Assembly: GCA_020632135.1 (NCBI GenBank) | Contig: JACKGC010000001.1 | Coordinates: forward strand, 1 to 50,240 | Source: Candidatus Nomurabacteria bacterium | GTDB taxonomy: Bacteria; Patescibacteriota; Minisyncoccia; Phycocordibacterales; UBA918 | Reading direction: 5' to 3' | DNA: 50,240 bases | In this document: in pieces, positions 36,372 through 45,151 of the stretch | How positions within the stretch are numbered: position 1 is the first letter of the stretch | How the letters are laid out: the number at the start of each line of letters is the position of its first letter | Program-made: the position numbers and the translations under genes | Notes under the pieces: generated by a model | The model's database searches: none | What the model saw: only the letters and a program-made list of their open reading frames with translations | Told to the model about the DNA's origin: nothing

Positions 36372-37235
36372 ATGATAAAATCACAGGCAATGCATCAAAC
36401 AACTAACAAAAACAAGGTCGTAAGCCAACCAAAGCAAGAAAAATTGATAGGACAAGAGGAAAAGTTACCAATTAATGATTTTGTTGTTGGTAATGCAGTA
36501 GAGGTAATGAAAAGTTTCCCTGAAGGATCTATAGACCTTGTTGTGACATCACCGCCGTACGATGAATTAAGAGATTACAAGGGTTATCATTTTGATTTTG
36601 AAGGGATGGCAAAAAGCCTTTACGCAGTCATGAAAAAAGGTGGGGTTGTTATTTGGGTTGTTGGAGACAAAATTAAAAATGGTAACAAAAGCTTAACCAG
36701 CTTTAAGCAAGCACTGCTTTTTCAACAGGTCGGATTCAATGTGCATGATGTGATGATATACAAGAAAAAGAACACACCATTTATGCGATCAAACGCATAC
36801 ACAAATTGTTATGAGTTCATGTTTGTTTTCACAAAGTCATCACCAAAAACCTTTAATCCATTAAAAACAAAAACTGTAAGACAAGGTATTGAGCCACTTC
36901 CACATAACAAAGGAGCAGATGGTGTAAATAAAAAAATTAAGAAAGAGCTCAAGCCAGAAAAAACTTTAACAAATATATGGGAATATGCGGTTGGACTACA
37001 TGGATCAACCAGCGATAGAATTGCTTTTGAACACCCCGCAATCTTCCCAGAGAAACTTGCTGAAGACCATATACTCTCGTGGTCGGAAGAAGGAGATGTT
37101 GTATTTGACCCAATGTGTGGATCGGGAACAACATGTAAGATGGCTATGTTGAACAATAGAAACTACATTGGCTGTGATATTTCTGAAGAATACGTTGAAA
37201 TAGCTAAAAAACGTCTACACGAGCACAAAGACTAG
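36372..37235 (+). CDS. Beta-class amino (probably N4-cytosine) DNA methyltransferase
   Basis: Catalytic DLVVTSPPY near the N-terminus, HPAIFP, and SAM-binding FDPMCGSGTT near the C-terminus. Confidence 0.93.
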   Translation: MIKSQAMHQTTNKNKVVSQPKQEKLIGQEEKLPINDFVVGNAVEVMKSFPEGSIDLVVTSPPYDELRDYKGYHFDFEGMAKSLYAVMKKGGVVIWVVGDKIKNGNKSLTSFKQALLFQQVGFNVHDVMIYKKKNTPFMRSNAYTNCYEFMFVFTKSSPKTFNPLKTKTVRQGIEPLPHNKGADGVNKKIKKELKPEKTLTNIWEYAVGLHGSTSDRIAFEHPAIFPEKLAEDHILSWSEEGDVVFDPMCGSGTTCKMAMLNNRNYIGCDISEEYVEIAKKRLHEHKD

Positions 37236-37810
37236 CTTCCACTAATAAATCTAATTGCTCTGTTAAGGATTCCGACATCATCCTTAAATCTACCCAGACC
37301 TGTATTACAACTATCACAAACCCAACCTCTAATCTCACCATTTTTATGATCATGTTCTAAAACGACCTTACTGGTTACACCAGCAATGGTTCTTTTACCA
37401 CAAATAGGACATTCGAAAGGAACTCGGTTTGGTTTTGTTTTTTGCCACTCTTTCCAATCAGACTTATCCATCTTCTTTCCGTCTATATGTTTTCGACAGT
37501 AAGAACATGAGGGTCTCCTTACGACCCTATTATTAACACCAGTCTGATTTGGTTCAAAATCGCTTGTATTTTTAAGCTTGTGGCAAACATTGCAAATCTT
37601 CTTTGAAAACCCATCTCCTGTTTTGGTTTCATCAAATATCTCTACCGATGAACATGGGACAACAATATCCTTCCAGGCAGTAATAAAAAAGACTGTACAG
37701 CTATCGCCATCTGAACTCTTTAATAATCCGACGTCATGAACCCCTACAAACTCTCCGTTTGAAGTAGATATATCATGTTTTGCATATAAAAAATCTTCAT
37801 CACCATTCAT
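37232..37810 (-). CDS. Hpy99I-like type II restriction endonuclease (beta-beta-alpha-Me), 192 aa
   Basis: TGDGFSKKICNVCHKLK, NQT..RPSCSYCRKHIDG, CPICGKRTIAGVT, HDH and WVCDSCNTGLGRFKDD follow the Hpy99I architecture as I recall it. It is convergent with the MTase and overlaps it by 4 bp. Confidence 0.85.
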   Translation of the reverse strand: MNGDEDFLYAKHDISTSNGEFVGVHDVGLLKSSDGDSCTVFFITAWKDIVVPCSSVEIFDETKTGDGFSKKICNVCHKLKNTSDFEPNQTGVNNRVVRRPSCSYCRKHIDGKKMDKSDWKEWQKTKPNRVPFECPICGKRTIAGVTSKVVLEHDHKNGEIRGWVCDSCNTGLGRFKDDVGILNRAIRFISGS

Positions 37811-37985
37811 GTAATGATTCTACCATCTTATTAAAAATTTACTGTGTGTACTTGTTTAACAATACGGTTCCAAATCGCTCCCCGTAGGATCACACTACTT
37901 GCTTTTTGTACAAAAGCGTGCTTTTATCCTACTGGCTGAAAATCAGAGTGTTTCTGATTAGCACTTTTACAGGAGACAGTTCATT

Positions 37986-38231
37986 GTGGACAAAGCAAAT
38001 CTGCGAAACCCGCACGAGCCCGACGGCTTCAAAACCTCCAGTATTACCCGCAAAGGTGCCATCAAAGTCTGTGTGGCCGTCAAGATCGGCGACGACTCAG
38101 TCGAGGTTCGCGACACCAAGGGCGTGAACAGTCCGACACTGTCCTTCACCCATCCGGAGTGGGAGGCCTTCATCGGCGGCGTGAAGCTCGGGGAGTTCGA
38201 CCTCTCCGCCAAGGCAACCAAGGCCGCATAA
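37986..38231 (+). CDS. DUF397-family small protein, 81 aa
   Basis: FKTSS...CVAV...VEVRDTK...LSFTHPEWEAFIGGVKLGEFD matches the DUF397 pattern. Confidence 0.8.
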   Translation: MDKANLRNPHEPDGFKTSSITRKGAIKVCVAVKIGDDSVEVRDTKGVNSPTLSFTHPEWEAFIGGVKLGEFDLSAKATKAA

Positions 38232-38304
38232 CCTAGCGGTTCGTCATCCTCTCTAGTGGAGAATCTGAAATATGATTCTCCACTTTTTTGTATATAATTC
38301 AACC

Positions 38305-38850
38305 ATGAAACTTTATTTAATCCCGGCGTATCAAGAAACAATTCGTAATCAAGGATATCGTCGTATCATCACTGCAGCAGAAAAAGCTGGCTACGGGGTT
38401 GAGATTTTGAATTTACAGATTCAAAACCGGAAATTTAATGAGGTGATTGCTGAGGGAATTGAAATGATCAACCGGAGCACTAGTGAGCCAAAAGCAATTC
38501 TAGGCTTTTCAACGGGAGCGCTAATCGCTTATCAAATTGCCACTAAAATTAGGTTTGAGAAAGCCTTTTTTTGTTCCCTGTCTCCTCTGCTAGAGGATGA
38601 CATCCCTAAAACTATCACTCCATACGTTAGGTACTTTGGTAAAGAAACCGTCCTAGATCTCAAGAAACAAAAATATGGGACTTCATTAGCAAATGAAACC
38701 TTCTTTTTTACCGGCGATCATGAGGGTAGAAAGCTGATTAGCAGAACAAAAACACTGGCAGTAAAAAATGATGGGAATTTAATTGTAATTAAAGACAACG
38801 ACCACGAGCTGAACAGAGATTACACTAAAGAGATATCACTAAAGTTGTAA
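38305..38850 (+). CDS. Small alpha/beta-hydrolase-fold protein
   Basis: Nucleophile elbow GFSTG and a C-terminal DH (candidate catalytic His). Confidence 0.65.
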   Translation: MKLYLIPAYQETIRNQGYRRIITAAEKAGYGVEILNLQIQNRKFNEVIAEGIEMINRSTSEPKAILGFSTGALIAYQIATKIRFEKAFFCSLSPLLEDDIPKTITPYVRYFGKETVLDLKKQKYGTSLANETFFFTGDHEGRKLISRTKTLAVKNDGNLIVIKDNDHELNRDYTKEISLKL

Positions 38851-38968
38851 ATGGGTGTTATAACCCGGTTCCAAAACGTACTACTTAGGGTCCCATAGAT
38901 TCAAAAAGCCTGGGACACGAAGTGTCCCAGGCTTTTTGTTACATGCTGACTATTCGGGTTGTTTGTCA

Positions 38969-39883
38969 TTACCTTGAATCATAATAGACCTCCTTTGTAA
39001 CCACATCTACCACCCAAAATCGCTCAATAGGGTCGCAGTATGCAATAACACCCTTAGCGTCAGTGTACGCTTCTACAGTATCGCCAGCAAAGTTTGAAGT
39101 GCCTGAACCGTAATAGCCACTTAGCTTAAGCAAAGCGCCCGACAAAGGATATCCTTCGGTATCCTCTGTAATCACTTCCGTACAACCCTCATCGTCTATC
39201 TCTCCAAATCGAACAACATACTCCCGGGGTGCTTGAAATTTTCCAAAGTAACTATCTTCCACTGCTCCAATCTTAGCAACTATTTCATAATTGTACTTCT
39301 TGCTTTCAGACAAAGCGTTGATGATAACAAAATGCTCAGTGGAATCTGAATTATTAGAATTGAATACTTCTTTCTCATCTAGAATCAAACGGGAATCAGA
39401 CGCCAGGGTTGTCTCCCAATCTATGCGAATGAGGTTTTCTTCTTCATCAATAACGTGCTCAACATTGATTACCTTTAAATCTGTATTCTCTGTCACTAAC
39501 GTGTCGGGCTCATTTTGTGCCTCATTGGCAGCCGCTACTTCTGGCTGAGTACTGACTGGTGCCTGGGGCACATACACTACTCTCTCTTGCACGACCGTCT
39601 CTACTTTAGGTGCAGATGCAACAACAGAATTTTCTACAAGACTCACGGACACATCCGCTTCAGAATCGCGTCCATCAAGAGTATCGCTTTGCTTCATCGC
39701 CTCTAACTCTGCTTCCAAACGGTCGATCTTTTCATTTCTCTCAAACTCGAGCTGTGTCAACAACTGATGATTCTCCGAACTGATCTGATTGTATTTGTAA
39801 ACGCCATATCCGGCTCCACCAATCACAAAGACCGACACAATAACTGCCGCAACGACCTTCAGTAAAATAGCGTGTCTGCTCAT
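38969..39883 (-). CDS. Membrane-anchored surface protein with a coiled coil, low-complexity linker and FN3-like domain
   Basis: N-terminal TM helix, then IDWETTLASDSRL...TEHFVIINALSESKKYNYEI, which is FN3/PAP-N-like. Confidence 0.65.
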   Translation of the reverse strand: MSRHAILLKVVAAVIVSVFVIGGAGYGVYKYNQISSENHQLLTQLEFERNEKIDRLEAELEAMKQSDTLDGRDSEADVSVSLVENSVVASAPKVETVVQERVVYVPQAPVSTQPEVAAANEAQNEPDTLVTENTDLKVINVEHVIDEEENLIRIDWETTLASDSRLILDEKEVFNSNNSDSTEHFVIINALSESKKYNYEIVAKIGAVEDSYFGKFQAPREYVVRFGEIDDEGCTEVITEDTEGYPLSGALLKLSGYYGSGTSNFAGDTVEAYTDAKGVIAYCDPIERFWVVDVVTKEVYYDSR

Positions 39884-39998
39884 CACCCACACAATACAAT
39901 TAATTACTTTTTAATCAAGCGTCCAAAACACACACCTGTTTAGTAGTGGTTACTCCACATGCCATAACACCATCTCGCAAACCTGCTATACTCTCTCC

Positions 39999-40499
39999 AT
40001 GAGATCAGAGTGGCGGGAGCGGTTATTCCTCACTGGCATGTGGTGGCGGATCGGGTATGGCGTGTTACGTATTCTCTTTGGGGTTGCGCTCTTGAAGGTA
40101 GTCGGGGCGCCGCTCCTTGATGTGGTCACTTCCCTCCTCAATTACGAACTCACCGAAGACCCGAGCGACATTCTCTACCGTGTCATTTCCAGCATCCTGA
40201 CAGAACATCCGTTCTATGTCTCGTACTTCCTAGCTGGCTACTTTATCTTCTGGGGCGTCATTGACGTGGTACTTTCATACAACCTCATTAAACACAAAAC
40301 CTGGGCCTTTCCGGTCAGCATGGTCTTGATCGTGCTCTTCATTCTCTACGGCTCCATTCGCTTCTGCTACACCCACTCGCTCGTACTCCTTAGTGTACTG
40401 GTTGTTGACGCGATCATTCTGTGGCTCATTTGGAAGGAGTACGTAAGCTTGAAGGAGGACGCGACACGCACAACCCCCTCGACCAACCTTTCTATCTAA
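39999..40499 (+). CDS. DUF2127-like membrane protein, 166 aa
   Basis: Four TM helices, KTWAFP and VVDAIILWLIWKEY. Confidence 0.75.
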   Translation: MRSEWRERLFLTGMWWRIGYGVLRILFGVALLKVVGAPLLDVVTSLLNYELTEDPSDILYRVISSILTEHPFYVSYFLAGYFIFWGVIDVVLSYNLIKHKTWAFPVSMVLIVLFILYGSIRFCYTHSLVLLSVLVVDAIILWLIWKEYVSLKEDATRTTPSTNLSI

Positions 40500-40619
40500 A
40501 GTGTATAAACCAGCATGTCCCTAATGAACGGTCTATACTGCAGCCTAATCAATATTGCCTACTATTGTGGGAGCTGTTAGGATACGAGCAGAACTGCACT
40601 TCGTACAAGGAGACCTGCC

Positions 40620-40943
40620 ATGACGTCACATACGCGCACCAGCGCATTTCTGATTACTGGTATCTACCTCACCACCTCCCTTTCGCCAGTGATGGCGCGG
40701 GATACCATGGAGCACCCCGACGCTTCCTCCTACAACAGTTACACGCAAAGCGAGATGCGTCGCCTTGAGCAGGTCGATCCTCCGATCAGACCAGACCCGG
40801 TTGGCAATGCCATCATCGGCGGTGTCGTCGCCGGGACCGTCAAAGGATCGGCTGCGGCGGTCGGAGCGGAAGTAGTAAAGAAAGTCGGTACTGCCATCGG
40901 TATCGAACACGGGAAAGACCTGTACAAAGATCGTGATGACTGA
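40620..40943 (+). CDS. Small secreted protein with a glycine-zipper-like C-terminal helix, 107 aa
   Basis: Signal-peptide-like N-terminus, GNAIIGGVVAGTVKGSAAAVGA and an AAGGAG SD. Confidence 0.6.
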   Translation: MTSHTRTSAFLITGIYLTTSLSPVMARDTMEHPDASSYNSYTQSEMRRLEQVDPPIRPDPVGNAIIGGVVAGTVKGSAAAVGAEVVKKVGTAIGIEHGKDLYKDRDD

Positions 40944-40984
40944 ATGCTGAAAATGAAACCGCTCAATTTGAGCGGTTTTCTTTT

Positions 40985-41974
40985 TCACCAGCCAACCTTC
41001 GACCAGCGCTGCAGGGTATGTTTGCGAATATACGCTTGCTGGCGCTCACGCATCTCTTGGCGCAGTTTCACTAAGACAGGATACTCATTGAAAAAATTGA
41101 CCTTCTCATGAGCAATCGTATCGCCCTCGACTGAGCTCGCGAGTACAAAGACCGTGAAGGACTCCGCCAAGTCTTCAAGTGGGTTGGTGGCTGCGTAGGT
41201 AGACACAAACGAATTAGGATGCTGGTCATAGTAAGCCTCGATAAATGCCTGTTGTTCGTAATATTCATCAAACGCGCGAGTGTTGCTGGCATATGCGAGC
41301 GCATCATCATCCCAAAAGGCTGTAATAAAATCATAGAGGTAGGCGTCTCGATGCAGACACACATACTCCGCAAAAAATGTCCGGCAGCGGGACGGATCGT
41401 AGGTTAGATCAGCCTCATCCTCCCCGAGTGAGTGCAAATGCGCGGTTTCGTGAGTAAAGGTATCCATTACATAATAAAGATCAGCTTCATGACGTAGATC
41501 GATATCTTCCACGTTGATCGCCACGACCCAGCTCGGTGCCTCTCGCCACCGCGGTGCCACAAAAGCAGCAAGGCTCGACAGCTCACTTTCAAAGAGCCAC
41601 AATTCTCTCACGTTTTTTAGTGCGAATTCTTCCCCGGCGACTGTGCGAAAGAGTTGCCAGAGTTCAGCATCCTGCCGATCTTTGACACCGCTCATGAGTG
41701 ATAACTCACCTCCACGCTCCACCTCATACTGTGCGCGGTATGAACCTTCATATCCCAACTCGATCTCAACAGCTGACTGCGTGTGAACGGCGTCAGTCGT
41801 TGTGTTCTGCAGTGTAGCCAGCTGCGCCTGTAGCTCGGCGATCAATTTGAGTAATACTGCGATCTGTTGTTCTAGTTCGGCTCTGTGTACTGGATCATCT
41901 ACTGCGTGAGCTTGGACCGGGCTCACCGCAACAAAAAGCATCCATACCAGACCGATCAATACATAACGATTCAT
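40985..41974 (-). CDS. Secreted putative zinc metallopeptidase (HExxH), 329 aa
   Basis: Signal peptide, CPR-type IAVLLKLIAELQAQL coil, THETAH and YAATNPLEDLAESF. Confidence 0.75.
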   Translation of the reverse strand: MNRYVLIGLVWMLFVAVSPVQAHAVDDPVHRAELEQQIAVLLKLIAELQAQLATLQNTTTDAVHTQSAVEIELGYEGSYRAQYEVERGGELSLMSGVKDRQDAELWQLFRTVAGEEFALKNVRELWLFESELSSLAAFVAPRWREAPSWVVAINVEDIDLRHEADLYYVMDTFTHETAHLHSLGEDEADLTYDPSRCRTFFAEYVCLHRDAYLYDFITAFWDDDALAYASNTRAFDEYYEQQAFIEAYYDQHPNSFVSTYAATNPLEDLAESFTVFVLASSVEGDTIAHEKVNFFNEYPVLVKLRQEMRERQQAYIRKHTLQRWSKVGW

Positions 41975-42088
41975 AGCGTCATGATAGCAAGTCGCTCGAC
42001 ATGGTCAATTGCACAGCGAGATATGAGCAATGTGGCAGATCCAGACAAATATGCTACTTTAAGACCATAATGACCATAATATACAATC

Positions 42089-43363
42089 ATGCATAAATTA
42101 CTTTCTACGATTGGTGCGTTGGCCCTTGTCGTCAGCGTGGCACTCCCAACACCAGCGGCCGCACAGAGTCACACAATGACCAACGCTGAAACACAAGCAC
42201 TCATCGCCAGCCTCCTTGAGCAGATCGAAGCTCTCACTACCCTGCTAGCACAGAAGCAGGCTGACCAAGCTTTCACCCATACCCTGACACTCGGCTCAAC
42301 CGATGCCACCACCAATGGTGAAGTAACAAGACTGCAAAAACTCTTAGTCAGCGAGGGCGTCTATGCTTCTGGGATCATCAGTGGTTATTTTGGTAATCTC
42401 ACCGGCACTGCAGTGATCGCACTAAAAACAAAGTATGGTATATCTCCCGCTACTGCTACTTTTGATCAGAGCGTGTACGATGCGATCCAAGCCACCAAGC
42501 AACCAACCACTCCCGTCAGTAGCTCAGATTTCTTTGAAGACATCGTGTCTGCCTACGAAGCAAACTACGGCTACCAAGAACTGCTCGTGGACATGAACAC
42601 GTTTGACTATACCCCAGACCACGAACTCATTATGAGCACCATCACTGAGACGGTTGGTGACTACGTGGTCGGAGAAGGTCTAGTCGGTGAAATGTATGTT
42701 ACGGACTTGATCGAAAATGAGCACGGTGCCTTTGGTTTCAGCTCAAACTTTGACGTCATTGGTACGGAAAGTAAGACCAAAGACTATGTCTATACTCGCC
42801 TGCTCGACTTCGATGAAGAACATCCATTCTACACGGAAGATGAAATTGAGGCGCTTGAAGACATTCAAAATGACTGGCTGCGCACCGACGTCAGTGAGAT
42901 CGAGACCATCAACCTCATCTCCTCACTTGAAACCGAACACCTGCATCAGCTGTTTGCTGATGGTACGTATCAGTTTGACTTTGACAGTAAAGCCTTTGAT
43001 GTTGAGCTTAGTACCGAATTCGACACTGAGGTGTATAGCTACGATGTCGTGATCGATTTCTCTGCCCTAGAGGAATTCTTTGAATCGATCGACGTACTGG
43101 ATGAACTGGAAGAAAACATTGAGTGGCTGACCGGTTACCGCACCTACCACCAAGCATTACAAAATACATCTGAGCCGAGCCTTGTGTTCTATGTTGCGGA
43201 CGGACGTATGTTCGGCCTAGAAACCTCATACCGTATTAACTTCATCGACGAAGATGATGACGAAGTGGTCTTTAGCCGAAAGATCACTTGGCTCACAGTG
43301 ACTGAACTCGCGACTGACTCGGTCAGGATCGCCGCGCCGCGCGAGTACATCAAGGTGAATTAA
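42089..43363 (+). CDS. Secreted protein with a peptidoglycan-binding domain and an acidic C-terminal region, 424 aa
   Basis: Signal peptide and GEVTRLQKLL...GYFGNLTGTAVIALK (PG_binding_1-like). Confidence 0.75.
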   Translation: MHKLLSTIGALALVVSVALPTPAAAQSHTMTNAETQALIASLLEQIEALTTLLAQKQADQAFTHTLTLGSTDATTNGEVTRLQKLLVSEGVYASGIISGYFGNLTGTAVIALKTKYGISPATATFDQSVYDAIQATKQPTTPVSSSDFFEDIVSAYEANYGYQELLVDMNTFDYTPDHELIMSTITETVGDYVVGEGLVGEMYVTDLIENEHGAFGFSSNFDVIGTESKTKDYVYTRLLDFDEEHPFYTEDEIEALEDIQNDWLRTDVSEIETINLISSLETEHLHQLFADGTYQFDFDSKAFDVELSTEFDTEVYSYDVVIDFSALEEFFESIDVLDELEENIEWLTGYRTYHQALQNTSEPSLVFYVADGRMFGLETSYRINFIDEDDDEVVFSRKITWLTVTELATDSVRIAAPREYIKVN

Positions 43364-43439
43364 TGTCACGATCACAGAGCGCACTTCCGGTTGGAAGTGC
43401 GTTTTGTTTTGTGTCACAAGATTCTGCTACACTACCCTC

Positions 43440-43988
43440 ATGAAACACATCGCGCTGCTACGTGGCATAAACGTGGGCGGTAACAATATCATCAAGATGA
43501 CTGACTTGCGTGCGTGCGTGGAGGCGGCTGGTTTTATGGATGTATCAACCTATATCCAGAGCGGCAACATTATTTTCACAAACCCGCGCACTAGCACTGC
43601 CGCACTAGAAACCACACTCGAACAAACACTCAAAGATGCGTTCGGTTACAACGGAAAAGTAGTGGTGGTGACCGCCGCTGAGCTGGCGCGCATCGTCGCC
43701 GATGCGCCGCGCGATTTTGGAAAAAACCCTGAGGCATTTCGGTATGATGTGATCTTTCTCAAACGGCCGCTGACTTCGTCAGCGGCCGCTACAGACATCC
43801 CCACCCACCCCGAAGCCGACACTATCTACGCCGGACCCCACGCAGTGTACTTCTCCCGCCGTATTGCCCTTGCTTCCAAGAGTCGACTGTCTAAGATCAC
43901 CGCGCTGCCCGTGTACCAGTACGTCACCATCCGCAACTGGAACACTACCACTAAGCTCCTGGCGCTTGCACAAGCGGCAGAGGTGTAG
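43440..43988 (+). CDS. DUF1697 family protein
   Basis: ALLRGINVGG, TYIQSGNIIF and TIRNWNT. Confidence 0.92.
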   Translation: MKHIALLRGINVGGNNIIKMTDLRACVEAAGFMDVSTYIQSGNIIFTNPRTSTAALETTLEQTLKDAFGYNGKVVVVTAAELARIVADAPRDFGKNPEAFRYDVIFLKRPLTSSAAATDIPTHPEADTIYAGPHAVYFSRRIALASKSRLSKITALPVYQYVTIRNWNTTTKLLALAQAAEV

Positions 43989-44042
43989 TAAGAACAAGAA
44001 TGGTATAGATCATTTTCATCCCCACAGAGCGAGGTGTTCACA

Positions 44043-44405
44043 ATGAGCGCACAAGCACATGAATTTGCTGACAACCAACCCCTCTACCTCAATGGACCCC
44101 AAAACCTAGGTGAGCGGCTGCGGTTTCAGCGGCGACGTCAGCGTCTGACTCAAGAGCAACTGGCCATACTCGCAGGCACCAACCAAGCGGTCATTCAAAA
44201 GATCGAGAACGGCAAAAGTCTGCGGCCACGCAAGATCAACGAACTCGCCGCAGCACTTGAGGTCAACGTGGCCTGGTTGCAGTGCGGTATCGGCGACAGC
44301 ACTCCACTCTCAGACGAGGCAATAGAAGTCGCCAAGTCCTGGATGAAGCTGTATGAGCACGAACGCGCTCAGGTACGCGACTTGCTCCAGCAGCTGGCAA
44401 GGTGA
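44043..44405 (+). CDS. XRE/Cro-C1 helix-turn-helix transcriptional regulator
   Basis: LGERLR...LTQEQLA..AGTNQAVIQKIENGKSLRPRKINELAAALEVNVAWL. Confidence 0.9.
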   Translation: MSAQAHEFADNQPLYLNGPQNLGERLRFQRRRQRLTQEQLAILAGTNQAVIQKIENGKSLRPRKINELAAALEVNVAWLQCGIGDSTPLSDEAIEVAKSWMKLYEHERAQVRDLLQQLAR

Positions 44406-44470
44406 ACCAGTGGATCAAAAAGGCCTCGACGCTTCGCGTCGAGGCCTTTTTTAATCACAACACCTCTAAC

Positions 44471-44986
44471 CTACCCAGGAAAGACACCCAGCGCATCATT
44501 GAAGCGGTTGATGTAGTTGAATAGTCCAATCACCGCGGTGAGCTCTACTAGTTCCTCATCATTGAAGTGTTCTTTGGCAGCAGCCGTCACCGCAGGATCG
44601 ATCTCATATGCTTTCTCGGTCACCGCTCGAGCAAATGCGATGGCTACCTTTTCACGTTCATCTGCTTCCTCCTCGATCCTTTCGATTGCAGTGTCATCGA
44701 GACCAAACTGTCGCAGCTTTGCATTTGCAACGTCGATACAGAACTCACACTTATTGATCTTTGAAACTTCGTTGGCCACCTTCCATTTCAAGACACTCGG
44801 CAGCGGCGCATCATCCATGGTCGCTTTAAACATAGCAAAAAAACCGACCAGAATATCATCACAATTAGCCATCACTTGCATCCATTTTGGCACTGGTTTG
44901 TCATGGCTGGTAAATTGTTCGTAGAGCTTACGAGCCTCACCAGATAATTCAGTCGCAGCGACTCGAGCGACGATTGGTTCAGACAT
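44471..44986 (-). CDS. Carboxymuconolactone decarboxylase / AhpD-like protein
   Basis: VSKINKCEFC (CxxC), ELVELTAVIGLFNYINRFNDAL. Confidence 0.88.
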   Translation of the reverse strand: MSEPIVARVAATELSGEARKLYEQFTSHDKPVPKWMQVMANCDDILVGFFAMFKATMDDAPLPSVLKWKVANEVSKINKCEFCIDVANAKLRQFGLDDTAIERIEEEADEREKVAIAFARAVTEKAYEIDPAVTAAAKEHFNDEELVELTAVIGLFNYINRFNDALGVFPG

Positions 44987-45151
44987 GATTATGAAATATT
45001 ACACAGATTAATATTCCTAAGCGTACCATACGAAGGCTACTCAAAACGATAAAAAGGACAGTCGGGTGTTCATGCACAAACATGCCTTGCGCACCACCCA
45101 CACATCAGGCATAGTGTCAGCAAAATTGTTCTTTACACCAAAGGAGGAAAC

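Larger units (their letters stand above)
32800..37893. mobile_element. Integrated rolling-circle element (serine recombinase + HUH Rep + RM cargo) at tRNA-Glu; right boundary approximate
   Basis: Visibly AT-rich, the recombinase abuts the tRNA, and there is a Rep gene. A degenerate tRNA-Glu-like 3' end and a repeated CGGTTCCAAA lie at 37865-37893. Confidence 0.75.

Noticed and set aside
32800-37893. Inovirus or microvirus prophage
   Set aside because: A Rep is present, but no Zot/pI ATPase, small coat proteins or major capsid protein.
40515-40580. 21-codon Cys-containing ORF (MSLMNGLYCSLINIAYYCGSC) as a RiPP precursor
   Set aside because: There is no SD, leader motif or modifying enzyme nearby, and its length is consistent with chance.
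37986-44405. DUF397 + XRE toxin-antitoxin pair
   Set aside because: The XRE gene is about 6 kb away and lacks the long C-terminal domain of the usual DUF397 partners.
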